Virus record (IMG/VR): IMGVR_UViG_3300006310_000773
Reading direction: 5' to 3' (one strand)
Origin: a virus
Length of the DNA: 64,000 nt
The position numbers and the translations under genes are program-made. Positions 1 to 9,879 of this stretch are shown in pieces (position 1 is the first letter of the stretch; every line of letters starts with the position of its first letter). The notes beneath the pieces were generated by a model. That model worked only from the letters and a program-made list of their open reading frames with translations. It ran no database searches and was not told the DNA's origin.

Positions 1-1167
1 TGTCGCTCTACCTAAAGTAAAACTGGCATCCGTTTCTAATCTTGAAACAGGAACATTTAATGATTTATATAATTTTCTTTGAAAATATTGTATATCATCA
101 ATTTCTCCAAGATTTTGTCCTCCCGGCAATGTTGTAATTTCTGTACCTCTACCACCTTCTCTACGAGGCAACCAGTAATCTTCCAACATTGTCATTATTT
201 TTCTATCATCTCTAACTTCTCCAGTATCCGCATCATAAATTAATTTATTCTTATAACGCTGCATAATATCTCTAAGATACTGTTCCGCTTTCATTTTAGG
301 TAAATTACCAACATCAATGTAAAATATTCTTCTTTCTGGTGCTCTCGATATTCTGTAAATAACTAAAGAATCCTCAATCATTCTTAACTGATTTAATGAT
401 TTGATCGCTTTATGTAAATGAGAAATGACCATTTTTCTACCAGCATTAGTAACACCGGAACCAGCATATGCAATCATATCAGGAGCGATCTTCAGTTGCT
501 TTTTAGAATAATCTCCAACGCCCATTTTATTAGGTTGATTAGACATTGGTTTATCCTGATACAAATAATATTCATAATATTCACCAGACATGTCTTTCTT
601 TAATGTAGCTTCTCGTGGAACATTTTGTTCTGGTTTTTTTCTTTCTCTAACTTTTCTTATTTTAAGGGGATCAACAAATCTTAATTCTTGTAATCCTGCA
701 GAAGCGTCAGCTGGATCAATAACACATTGATAATAAATTCTACCATCAACATACCATTTTCTAAAAATATCATAACCATTATTATTAAAATCTAAAAGTC
801 TCATAATTTCTGCAAATTCATCTGAAATTTTGGCTTTGATTTTATCTGTAACATTTAAATTATGTAACGCAATTGAAATTGCTGGAACATCTCTTCCAGT
901 AACTATAGCCTCATTTACAATATCATCTATAGCCATATCGACCTCTGGTTGTAAAACCATCGTTCTATATCTGCTAATGAGGTCTGCCTCATTTTTGGCA
1001 GTACCTTCCATATCAATATAAGTACCATAAGCACCACCTGCAGACATTCCATACGATGATGCTATATCAAAGGTTCCTTCAAGATCATCAGGTTTAGCAA
1101 AAGCTAATAGTTCCTTTTCTTCATCCTTTTTTCCGATCTTAAATCCAAATAAACTAAATTGTGCCAT
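1..1167 (-). CDS. gp20: Portal protein (T4 gp20-like), 3' end runs off the window
   Basis: Not in the ORF track; translated by hand from ATG at 1167 (MAQFSLFGFKIG...). Contains the gp20 hallmarks YRISRAPERRIFYIDVGNLPK and MLEDYWLPRREGGRGTEITTLPGGQNLGEIDD. Lies downstream of gp19. Confidence 0.95.
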   Translation of the reverse strand, partial: MAQFSLFGFKIGKKDEEKELLAFAKPDDLEGTFDIASSYGMSAGGAYGTYIDMEGTAKNEADLISRYRTMVLQPEVDMAIDDIVNEAIVTGRDVPAISIALHNLNVTDKIKAKISDEFAEIMRLLDFNNNGYDIFRKWYVDGRIYYQCVIDPADASAGLQELRFVDPLKIRKVRERKKPEQNVPREATLKKDMSGEYYEYYLYQDKPMSNQPNKMGVGDYSKKQLKIAPDMIAYAGSGVTNAGRKMVISHLHKAIKSLNQLRMIEDSLVIYRISRAPERRIFYIDVGNLPKMKAEQYLRDIMQRYKNKLIYDADTGEVRDDRKIMTMLEDYWLPRREGGRGTEITTLPGGQNLGEIDDIQYFQRKLYKSLNVPVSRLETDASFTLGRAT

Positions 1168-1208
1168 AATATATCCTATTGATTGTTTTATTTTTCATAT
1201 ATATTTCT

Positions 1209-1886
1209 CTAATAATCATCGTCCATTGTTAAATCAAAATCATCCAACGTTGCATTCATTTCTGCTACACCTTGATCGCGCGGAACTGTGCTACCTCTTC
1301 CAATCCAATTATCAGGGCTGATGTCGCGACTCTCAGGATTAGAACTTATATAATTGGTTGTATAATATTGATATTCAAATGTTGCTGTAAATTCTTCAAT
1401 TGCATTTGTCGTATCCCAAGAAACAGGAATATCTGTTAATGTTAATGGATATAGCCCATTAAATGTATATTTTTTTAAAGGATTTCCATTTTTTGAAAAT
1501 TGAGTCAATATAGCTGAAGATTGATAATCGAGTGGTGCATCCTCTCTTCCTGCAGTAGATTGTACTCTTGTTCTTCCAAGTTTCACGTGTCCAGAAATAT
1601 AATCAGACCATCTTTCTAATGCATTTCTCAATTTAAAATCTTCATCATTAAGAAAAGTACATGTCCATTGTGGATATGTTCTTTCCCCTGCAAATTTAAA
1701 AACTCTACCAAGATAATTTACTGTTGTGGAAGTTGATATAGATGCTGGAAGAAATGTTGTTTTAATGTTATAATTTGTTCTAGTAGAAGATGTCCAAGGC
1801 CAGACAATATCCACTTCAAATAGATTAGGTGCCGCACCACCATATTTTAGCGCTTTTGATCTAAATTCATCTACATTGAATGCCAC
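1209..1886 (-). CDS. gp19: Tail tube protein (gp19-like), paralog 3
   Basis: Motifs APNLFEV, GRVFKFAGERTYPQWTCTFLNDEDFKLRNALERW and IEEFTATFEYQY; position between gp18 and gp20. Confidence 0.88.
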   Translation of the reverse strand: MAFNVDEFRSKALKYGGAAPNLFEVDIVWPWTSSTRTNYNIKTTFLPASISTSTTVNYLGRVFKFAGERTYPQWTCTFLNDEDFKLRNALERWSDYISGHVKLGRTRVQSTAGREDAPLDYQSSAILTQFSKNGNPLKKYTFNGLYPLTLTDIPVSWDTTNAIEEFTATFEYQYYTTNYISSNPESRDISPDNWIGRGSTVPRDQGVAEMNATLDDFDLTMDDDY

Positions 1887-1946
1887 GAGTTATCAACCTG
1901 TAAAGTGTTTAAAATTATTAACTATTTATCTGATTATAACTATTTA

Positions 1947-2516
1947 TCACGCAGCGGCTGCAATAATATCACCCACCTTTGCGGAGTTGCCAGCCTCAGA
2001 TTTTTCTAGAAAATAATCATATCTCCAAGTTACAGTAAATTCTTGAAATCCTTCTGTGCCCCAATCTAATGCAATATCACTTATATTTACTGGCCAAGCC
2101 TGTATTAATTTATAAGTTATTGTTTTTGTGCCATCTTTTTTTAATTGAGTAACGGACAAATCTCTATAATCAGAAGTAGTTTTATTAAATGGTCCATATA
2201 CAGCAGTTCTTGATCCATCAATTCCCCCCGCCATTTGTCTCATCCATGTTATTAACTTCTGTCTTATTTCACCATCATCATTTAAAAATGTCGTATTCCA
2301 TACATCATAAGTTCTAACTCCTGGGAGTTTAATTGCTCTTCCGCGATAATTTACAGGAATTACATTAATATTTGTTCCTGGTAATGATGCCGCTCGACAA
2401 TGTAACATAAAACTTGTTCCTTCGAAACTTCCACTAATCTCAAATAGCGTAGGTCTCGCTCCACCATCCGCTAAAGCGGTTTTAATATCATTAACGTTAA
2501 ATCCCGTTGCTGCCAT
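1947..2516 (-). CDS. gp19: Tail tube protein (gp19-like), paralog 2
   Basis: Motifs GGARPTLF, YRGRAIKLPGVRTYDVWNTTFLND, AWPVNISDIALDW and FQEFTVTWRYDY. Confidence 0.9.
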   Translation of the reverse strand: MAATGFNVNDIKTALADGGARPTLFEISGSFEGTSFMLHCRAASLPGTNINVIPVNYRGRAIKLPGVRTYDVWNTTFLNDDGEIRQKLITWMRQMAGGIDGSRTAVYGPFNKTTSDYRDLSVTQLKKDGTKTITYKLIQAWPVNISDIALDWGTEGFQEFTVTWRYDYFLEKSEAGNSAKVGDIIAAAA

Positions 2517-2528
2517 TATTTCTCCTTA

Positions 2529-3164
2529 TTATGCGACTCCGCCGCCGGCTACTGTATCTATTGTTTTGACCGCATTAGTTGCTGTAGATAATGTTGGTCC
2601 AGAATAAGAATATTGCCAAGTTATAGTAAATGTTTCTATAGTATTTACTGAATCATGACTTAATTCAATTGGTGATATATTATTTGGCCATGCACCATGT
2701 AATTTCATACTATCAATTGTCTTTGTCGTATCACCAGCTAAAGAATAAGATTTAACTAATATTGTACCTAACATACTAGAATGAGGAATCTTCCATGCTC
2801 TTACATTTCCCTCTGCACTATTCATAGCTTCAATCCATCTTTCAATATTTGTTCTAACTTTCATATCTTCATCATTTAATACTGTACATGTCCAATCGCC
2901 AAATGTGGTATCTCCTGCAAAGAAAACCTGCCTCCCGTAATAAGAAACAGGAATTTCTCCATTAATATATCCTGGCATAACCGTTGCATTTACTAGAAAA
3001 TCTAATTTGTCCGTTGCACCGGTCTGCTTTGCCATTCCTGCGGCATCCACTGCGGTTGCTGGTAATGTCATTGTACATGAAAATAAATTAGATCTCGCCC
3101 CTGAGGCTTTAATTGAACTAATAAAAGTATTAATACTAAAATTATTTACTGCTTCATCCGCCAT
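2529..3164 (-). CDS. gp19: Tail tube protein (gp19-like), paralog 1
   Basis: Motifs GARSNLF, YYGRQVFFAGDTTFGDWTCTVLNDED, AWPNNISPIELS and IETFTITWQY. Confidence 0.88.
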   Translation of the reverse strand: MADEAVNNFSINTFISSIKASGARSNLFSCTMTLPATAVDAAGMAKQTGATDKLDFLVNATVMPGYINGEIPVSYYGRQVFFAGDTTFGDWTCTVLNDEDMKVRTNIERWIEAMNSAEGNVRAWKIPHSSMLGTILVKSYSLAGDTTKTIDSMKLHGAWPNNISPIELSHDSVNTIETFTITWQYSYSGPTLSTATNAVKTIDTVAGGGVA

Positions 3165-3178
3165 GTGTTATCTCTCCT

Positions 3179-5434
3179 TTATCTTTGAACTACTTCACTA
3201 AATGATACACCAGTTCTTACAGATACAAAACTTAATTCAATAAAGTTAATTGATCTTGCCGGCTTAACATATATAGCACCTACAAATTGATTTGCATCTA
3301 TAACTGTTGGTGTATTATTAGATCCATCACATACAACCATAAAATCAGTAATTCCTCCCCTTGCTTGAATATCTCGCAAGAAAGGTTCTACAATGGAAAC
3401 AAATTGAGATCTTGTAAAATCATCATTGAATTCAAACAATGATTGTTTTGCCGCTTGAGAAATTGATTTTTCTAATGTAATAAACAATCTTCTTACATTA
3501 ATTCTATCAAATGCATTTGGTTTTGCTAATAGTGTTTTATCTCCAAACAACATTCTTCCTTCGCCTGGAAAATTCACAACAGAATTGATACCTTTATTAT
3601 AAAGAACATCTCTATCAGCTTCCGCAGGATTCCATGCCAAATCTCTAATATTCTTAATTTGACCTCTAGTATAACCTGCTGGAGAGTAAAATGAACCCAA
3701 AGTATTTTCTGTAGCAACTGCAAGCCCTGCACAATCCGGATTTAATGGAATGTATCTATAAACATCATTGGTCGTGTCCCATTGTCGTTTCCATCCTGAA
3801 TCCATAAATCCATAAGATGTACTTGGTAAACCATTTCTATAATCTAAAACATTTGATGCTTGAGTAGTTGTACCCAAAACATCTGCTCTTTCCGGTGAAC
3901 AAAATACGACCAAATCTTTTCTTGCTTCCGCGATAGTGGACATTACATAAGAAGATAATGCCGCTTCTGCGTCTCCCATAAAAATTAATGAAGCGGCTGA
4001 ATCTACTGGTTCTTTAAATACATCGTATCCCGTTTTTCGATCACCAAGTGATAATGTCTGTCCATCTAATCCACCATTAAGTGACCATGACTGTGACCAT
4101 CCAAATGCATTAAATTTAGTACCACTTACCGCGGCTGTTCCCCATGCAGAATCAGTAGTGTCATCACCATTTACTATACCACCTGTTGCTGGATGTGACA
4201 TTGCCCATACTGGAAATTCGTCTGTGTTATTAACTTTAGATTTATAATAGTCTGGAGAATTTGAAGCGACTGAAACTCCATTCCATCTTTCTATTAATGT
4301 ATCGCCCGTCGATGCTGTTGTGGATGTTCCCCAATTTCCATCTTCGTCTACAACAACAATATGAATTTCGTCTTGAGAAGCTCCTCTTGCTTCAGCCCAA
4401 ACTGAAGTTCCGGGTGCATCTCCATTGACACTAGATTCTCCTGGATTACATGCATATTCCCATTCTCTACCAAAAGCTAATGTAGATGTAATTCCTTTGT
4501 CTGTGTCTGATGCTGTAACCAATTGCAATTCAGTATTACTTGTGATTGAAGCAACTTTATGTCTGAATGGTGCTAGAGTATCACAAGTGGATACTATCAT
4601 ATCTCCCACTCTCAATTGTGTACTAAAAAATGTACCAGTTCCGGTTACTGTTTTTGTTCCACCAGTATTTACAATTGTGCCGAAAATTTGTGTTGATTTT
4701 TCTTCAAATGCTGATCTAACCAAACAGGATACTGCACTTCCAGCAGATTGTACTGTGACAGTAGCGGAACCTGGAGTTTGTACAACATACGCTGTATCAG
4801 TTCCTTGAGTATTCATTACATTATTAACTAAGTAATTTTCTCCACCAATTTCTAAAACATCACCATTTCTAACTTCTTCAAACCAAAGTGAATTAGACGT
4901 TGATGCTACTAATCCAGTTGTCGCATTGACCGCAACTGTTCCTGTGAGGGTTTTTGCTGCTTTATCGGGTCCACATGCTGAAACCTTTAAACTATTTCCT
5001 CTTACTCCCGCATATGTCGCAACCCACGGTCCATAAGTTCCCGTAGAAGATCCTCCTGTGGATGGATCATATGTGGTTTCGAATGCTTTCTTATTTTTAA
5101 TTAAAACTGTCGCTCCCTCTTGTGTCGCCGCATAAGTTGTGTTAGCAGATGAAGCGTTTTTTGCTAAAGAGTTTGCTGTTCGTGAAATTTCAAGAACTCC
5201 ACCATAGTTCATAAAATTTGATGCGCACATCCATGAAATATAATTATCTTCGTTTGGTACGAAAAATTTAGCTTTTAAATCGGCGTCTGAAGCGACTCGT
5301 CCATTTTCTGGATCTTCAATAGGTCCCCATCTAAAGAGTCCTGAAAATCCCCCTATATTTGTGGCGAGGGTTGGTACTATGGTTGTTAAATCGATTTCTC
5401 TAGTCAGAACACCAGGACTAACTGTGAAGGGCAT
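3179..5434 (-). CDS. gp18: Tail sheath protein (gp18-like)
   Basis: N-terminal SPGVLTREIDLT...F.WGP; C-terminal FSPAG-like YSPAGYTRG, LFGDKTLL, AFDRINVRRLF and KPARSINFIEL. Confidence 0.96.
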   Translation of the reverse strand: MPFTVSPGVLTREIDLTTIVPTLATNIGGFSGLFRWGPIEDPENGRVASDADLKAKFFVPNEDNYISWMCASNFMNYGGVLEISRTANSLAKNASSANTTYAATQEGATVLIKNKKAFETTYDPSTGGSSTGTYGPWVATYAGVRGNSLKVSACGPDKAAKTLTGTVAVNATTGLVASTSNSLWFEEVRNGDVLEIGGENYLVNNVMNTQGTDTAYVVQTPGSATVTVQSAGSAVSCLVRSAFEEKSTQIFGTIVNTGGTKTVTGTGTFFSTQLRVGDMIVSTCDTLAPFRHKVASITSNTELQLVTASDTDKGITSTLAFGREWEYACNPGESSVNGDAPGTSVWAEARGASQDEIHIVVVDEDGNWGTSTTASTGDTLIERWNGVSVASNSPDYYKSKVNNTDEFPVWAMSHPATGGIVNGDDTTDSAWGTAAVSGTKFNAFGWSQSWSLNGGLDGQTLSLGDRKTGYDVFKEPVDSAASLIFMGDAEAALSSYVMSTIAEARKDLVVFCSPERADVLGTTTQASNVLDYRNGLPSTSYGFMDSGWKRQWDTTNDVYRYIPLNPDCAGLAVATENTLGSFYSPAGYTRGQIKNIRDLAWNPAEADRDVLYNKGINSVVNFPGEGRMLFGDKTLLAKPNAFDRINVRRLFITLEKSISQAAKQSLFEFNDDFTRSQFVSIVEPFLRDIQARGGITDFMVVCDGSNNTPTVIDANQFVGAIYVKPARSINFIELSFVSVRTGVSFSEVVQR

Positions 5435-5524
5435 TTTTATTCTCCTATATTTATTATATTTAGTTGACTTCTAGCGTGTTAGCTCTTACGTCTAACCTAC
5501 TTGAAACTCACCTCTAATTAACTA

Positions 5525-5532
5525 TATTTATT
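5525..5532 (-). promoter_or_regulatory. T4-type late promoter-like motif (AATAAATA) upstream of gp18
   Basis: One mismatch to the T4 gp55 consensus TATAAATA; sits at the gp17/gp18 junction. Confidence 0.5.
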
Positions 5533-7165
5533 AAATTTCGGAATTCCAATAGAGTCCTGATTTATATTCTTTCCAAACATGATAATCATCTTCAGCCACT
5601 ACCTCAGATTTGCCATCATTAAAAAAGCCCAATGGTAATGAATCTTCATCATTCATTCTTTCTTGTTGTTCTAATAATTTTTTTCTAATATCAGAATCAG
5701 TAATTTCTTTAAAATATCTTTGATTCACTAACCATCCAAATAAAACTAAAGTCATGACCAAATCATCATGATATCCTTCCTCAGCCTGAAAACTGGGTCC
5801 TTTTTCAGCAAAAGTCATCAACTCTGAAATGATATCAAAATCCTCAATTATTAAATGATCCTTCTCAATTAATTCTTTTATAGTTGTACAACCGGTTCTT
5901 TTAACATGTTTTGATGTAATTAAACCAATTCTAGAATTTTTCTTAAATCCACCACTAACTTCTTGACCACCTTTATTTGGAGAAGTGAGAATAGTGTTCT
6001 CATATTCTAAATCATAATACAATATATCTCCTACCTGCATACCATTTCCATTAGTTTCGACTAAACACCAAGACTTATTATATTGTGTAGATATTTGTTC
6101 AATTATATTTGGAAAAATAATTGGAGATATTTCATTGTTTCTATATTTTGCAACAACTTTATATGGTATTTCTGTAACATCAATTATTGTAAATGTGGAA
6201 TAATCTTGACCAACGCCTGACGCTGTGTCTACAAGAGTACAATAAGCATGACCTTTTTGTGGTTCAACATAAACATCCAATTCTTGTTGTTTTCTAATTG
6301 GTGGCTTATAAGGCATATTTCTTAATTTGGCAGGTTCAATCAAAGTATTTGTAGACCCTAAAAATTCACACTCAAATTCTTGTCTCCATTGTCTTTCACT
6401 TGTATTTCGAATAGTTTCTTGTTTCCAAGCATCATCTCTACCTGGAACATCACTCCAATTTACAGAAAATGGAACATAAGTATTTCTCCCCTCTTCTGCA
6501 TCAATCCACATTTTATAAAATTTATTCATTCCATATGGTGTTGATACAATGAAAACTTTTGTAGTATTTCCAGAAGAAATTGTAGGATAAACAGAGTTAA
6601 AAAATTCATCCGCTAAAGATGGTGGATCTACATGAGCAAACTCATCAAGGAAAATGATATTAAAAGATGAACCCCTAACCGCTGAAGAGGATGTTGCTGC
6701 AGCGAGAATTTTACTACCATTTTCTAATTCAACATTACCTTTATTCCAAACAGTAACTCCTTGTTGTAGCCATCTCGGTAAATGTTCAAAAGACATCTGC
6801 ATTCTGCTCAAAAGTTCTCTCGCAGTATTACCTTTATTAGCGAGAATAGCAACTGCAACATTCTCATTAAAAAGAATATAATGTAAAAGATAAGATACAA
6901 TTGTTGTTGATTTACCAGATTGTCTAGGTAGTTTTGAAATTACAAATCTATTATTATGAAAAATTTCGACCATCTCTTCTTGATAATCGTATAATTTAAA
7001 AGGAACTAAGCCATGATCAACATGAACAATCTGAACATAATTTTCTATGAAATGTTTTGGGTCAGTGGCACATTTAACAAGTTCCTTTACTTGATCAGGA
7101 GAAAATTCTAATTGTACGTTTGAGTTTTTTAAATTTGGGTTACCAAGATAATGCTGTGCGCCCAT
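5531..7165 (-). CDS. gp17: Terminase large subunit (gp17-like)
   Basis: YLGNPNLK start, Walker A region LPRQSGKST, Walker B IIFLDEFAH, and nuclease motifs VDTASG.GQDYS and GYHDDLVM. Confidence 0.97.
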   Translation of the reverse strand: MGAQHYLGNPNLKNSNVQLEFSPDQVKELVKCATDPKHFIENYVQIVHVDHGLVPFKLYDYQEEMVEIFHNNRFVISKLPRQSGKSTTIVSYLLHYILFNENVAVAILANKGNTARELLSRMQMSFEHLPRWLQQGVTVWNKGNVELENGSKILAAATSSSAVRGSSFNIIFLDEFAHVDPPSLADEFFNSVYPTISSGNTTKVFIVSTPYGMNKFYKMWIDAEEGRNTYVPFSVNWSDVPGRDDAWKQETIRNTSERQWRQEFECEFLGSTNTLIEPAKLRNMPYKPPIRKQQELDVYVEPQKGHAYCTLVDTASGVGQDYSTFTIIDVTEIPYKVVAKYRNNEISPIIFPNIIEQISTQYNKSWCLVETNGNGMQVGDILYYDLEYENTILTSPNKGGQEVSGGFKKNSRIGLITSKHVKRTGCTTIKELIEKDHLIIEDFDIISELMTFAEKGPSFQAEEGYHDDLVMTLVLFGWLVNQRYFKEITDSDIRKKLLEQQERMNDEDSLPLGFFNDGKSEVVAEDDYHVWKEYKSGLYWNSEI

Positions 7166-7389
7166 TAGTCTTTTGCATAGGATTCATAATTAAGTTCTTT
7201 TTCTTTTAGAGCGATCAAACTATGAATATCATTTTTCATATCTTTTATATCCACTTGTATTGTTTTTACTCGTTCTGTTAATACAGCGATAGATGTCTCA
7301 TGAGAAATTATTCCTGATGTCATCCATATGACCAACGCTAATATCGAGGACAGAAACGCCGCTTCAACTTTTGGCCAATGATTAAACAT
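7165..7389 (-). CDS. Small membrane-anchored coiled-coil protein (possible lysis accessory)
   Basis: N-terminal hydrophobic segment followed by a heptad-like segment; stop overlaps the gp17 start. Confidence 0.5.
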   Translation of the reverse strand: MFNHWPKVEAAFLSSILALVIWMTSGIISHETSIAVLTERVKTIQVDIKDMKNDIHSLIALKEKELNYESYAKD

Positions 7390-7391
7390 TA

Positions 7392-7685
7392 TTAACTATC
7401 TCTTGAGATTCCAGGAGCCGCATTGTATGCAACTGCTGTTAATGATGCTGTTCCGCCCGCCGAAGCGATTGTATCCAGTGGAGCTTTTCTCACTAACAAC
7501 GCAAAATGTGGTGGTACAGATAGTGTTCCGCTATTTCCAGAACCATTAGTTACAGAACCATCTAAAGTTAAAACTACTGCGGTGGTTGCGTGAGAGTTCG
7601 CGCACCATACCAGAGTAGCAGTACCCATAGTGGTCGCTGATACTGTTCCATCAGATTTTACACCTTTTACACTTATCGCTTCCAT
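7392..7685 (-). CDS. Hypothetical small virion-like protein
   Basis: Ala/Thr/Gly-rich; has an RBS and a perfect TATAAATA upstream. Confidence 0.5.
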   Translation of the reverse strand: MEAISVKGVKSDGTVSATTMGTATLVWCANSHATTAVVLTLDGSVTNGSGNSGTLSVPPHFALLVRKAPLDTIASAGGTASLTAVAYNAAPGISRDS

Positions 7686-7721
7686 ATTTCCTTTAAATTA
7701 ATTTCATTTTTCACTTACATA

Positions 7722-7729
7722 TATTTATA
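7722..7729 (-). promoter_or_regulatory. T4-type late promoter TATAAATA
   Basis: Exact consensus in the intergenic gap, 37 bp upstream of the ATG at 7685. Confidence 0.7.
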
Positions 7730-9133
7730 TTATACAGTTATCCAACCTCGTGCCACATTATAATATACTAGCTCTTTGGCCTGTCCATTTGTACTCATGA
7801 CAAAATTACTCGTTGCTCCATCAATTTTATGATTATTTCTATTGATGGTAATATTATTTGATGCAGCATTTTGAGATGCATCAACAATTCTTATATGATC
7901 TCCCATTACTCCTGTTTGTGGTAAAGTTACTATCAAAGATGAAGTGGAAACATCACACAATAACCAATCTCCCGCACTTGCAGTTCTAGCACCATCTATT
8001 TCCATCCAAATACCAATATCACTTGTATAAACTGGTGTTCTTTGATCATCTGCTCCAGGACCAACAGCACCACCCATACCTGCATGGTTTGCACAATAAA
8101 TGTAAATAATATCGGGAGTATCCCAAGCTGTGGTAATATTTACTCTTGCATTGGCAGACCCCGCTGTTCCAACATGTTCAACTCCTGTTGACAATGCTGT
8201 TCCGCCTGTGTGTGTTCCATCTGGAGATGCTGAAAAATTTAATATATGACCTGAATTTGAACCAGCACTTACATCAAAACGATATACCATTCCTTTTTGT
8301 AAACGAATAGTGGGTCTAATGTGTGTGGACGTTTTCATTTTTTGTCCATCCAACTCAAAAACATTTTGAGATGAACTTCCATCATCTGCGACAGTTACTA
8401 CAATTTGTGATGTGATATTATTATCTACATATGCTTTAACTGATTGTTGTGTTACCAATGCGGTCGCAGAATTACTTGTTAAATCATCCTCATCTAAACA
8501 TGAGTCTATTGAACCAAGTCCTGGTCTCGCTAGGGTTGCAACTCCATTATTAATAACTACTACACCTGTATTGGCTGCGGAAGAAGAACTAAAATCTTTT
8601 CCGGTTCCACCAAACATTGTACCAACTGGTGTAGATTGCCAGGTTCCAGCGACTATAGCACCCAAAGTTATAAGATTAGTTGATCCCACCTCTGGTGACA
8701 ATCCTGCAGTTCCAGGTGCAGCACTTGTCCAATTGCCGGTATTGTAATATATAATATCGCCTTGAGTGGCTGATGGGGAAGTTACGTCTGCTATGGAACT
8801 AAGATTAACTGAAGCAACATGTGCTACAGTTGCCATTGTGGAAGTATTCGCTTTTATTGCTATTGTATCTGTTGCTTGGGCTTCACAGAATATGGAAGTA
8901 TCCGCCCCCTTAACAGTCATTGTGGCGGCTTGACCAATGGTTTCTGGCGATCCACCATCCGCAGCAACGGTAAAAGATGCAAATGTTCCATCCGCTATTG
9001 ATATTAAATTTCCTACCGTTGCTCTTTTAACTCTTTCTGTATCATCTGATGTATCATAAACAAGTACTGAATCTGCGGTAGATATATCATCCGGATTCAT
9101 TTCTGTCAGTTCACTTATTGGTCTATTTGCCAT
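7730..9133 (-). CDS. Fibre-like virion protein with cupredoxin-like domain
   Basis: S/T/G/A-rich fibre segments; GMVYRFD...SGHIL...YIYCANHAGMGG; the C-terminal LIVTLP...GDHIRIVDA...NNITINRN module is typical of T4-like fibre/baseplate proteins. Confidence 0.6.
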   Translation of the reverse strand: MANRPISELTEMNPDDISTADSVLVYDTSDDTERVKRATVGNLISIADGTFASFTVAADGGSPETIGQAATMTVKGADTSIFCEAQATDTIAIKANTSTMATVAHVASVNLSSIADVTSPSATQGDIIYYNTGNWTSAAPGTAGLSPEVGSTNLITLGAIVAGTWQSTPVGTMFGGTGKDFSSSSAANTGVVVINNGVATLARPGLGSIDSCLDEDDLTSNSATALVTQQSVKAYVDNNITSQIVVTVADDGSSSQNVFELDGQKMKTSTHIRPTIRLQKGMVYRFDVSAGSNSGHILNFSASPDGTHTGGTALSTGVEHVGTAGSANARVNITTAWDTPDIIYIYCANHAGMGGAVGPGADDQRTPVYTSDIGIWMEIDGARTASAGDWLLCDVSTSSLIVTLPQTGVMGDHIRIVDASQNAASNNITINRNNHKIDGATSNFVMSTNGQAKELVYYNVARGWITV

Positions 9134-9735
9134 TACATTCGCCTTGAAGAATAAAAAATATGTCTATCTATTGTTACAGTTTTTATTTTTGTAGTAGTCC
9201 ATCTCGGAGCACTAATATAATCTGCATGATAAAATGTAGCTCCGTCAGTTATATCAACCAAATCATCTGTTTCTAATAAAAATTTTGCCAATTCTACAGA
9301 ATTTTCCCAAAGTTTTCCTCGAAACGGTCTGTCATGTTTACCATCACAATACCAACTGAATTGGCATCTATCTCTAACTGGAAATCCACTTTTATAATGT
9401 TTTCCTTCATATATTACATCACATACTGTATTTGGAAAACTTATACTATCTTTTCTATTTAGTACCACTTGTCCGACGGCGATTTTGCCTGCGGTGGATT
9501 CTGTTGAAGCTTCAAAATATATATTTTTAGACATACATTCCAATTCTATAGGATCTACTTGGGCCACATTTAGTTGAAAATTTTCCTTTGATATCATCAA
9601 CATTGGAGGCATTGCGTCTGTATGAGCGCGTTTAATGGAAAATGCTTCTGGATTCCAATATTGATTAAGAGAATTTCCTCCTATACTAAATGGTAAAAAT
9701 ATTAATATAGTAAAAAATATAAGTATTCGTAGCAT
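9133..9735 (-). CDS. Cell wall hydrolase, SleB/Hydrolase_2 family, with N-terminal signal or anchor
   Basis: Motifs CMSKNIYFEA, AVGQVVLNR, FPNTVCDVIY, CQFSWYCDG, TDGATFYHADY and IDRHIFY. Confidence 0.9.
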   Translation of the reverse strand: MLRILIFFTILIFLPFSIGGNSLNQYWNPEAFSIKRAHTDAMPPMLMISKENFQLNVAQVDPIELECMSKNIYFEASTESTAGKIAVGQVVLNRKDSISFPNTVCDVIYEGKHYKSGFPVRDRCQFSWYCDGKHDRPFRGKLWENSVELAKFLLETDDLVDITDGATFYHADYISAPRWTTTKIKTVTIDRHIFYSSRRM

Positions 9736-9879
9736 GTTACCTCATGTATTGGGTTATAGGGTGCCCACCGTTAATAAAATTTAATTGGATTTTTGCGAAG
9801 CGCATGGCTTCATTTGGTATGTATTCATGATAGGCAATTTTAAAACCTTTCTTAAAGAGTGTAGTATTATTTAGGTACA

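Noticed and set aside
418-1021. Plus-strand ORFs 418-603 and 830-1021
   Set aside because: Antisense shadows of the gp20 portal gene, which the ORF track missed because it runs off the window.
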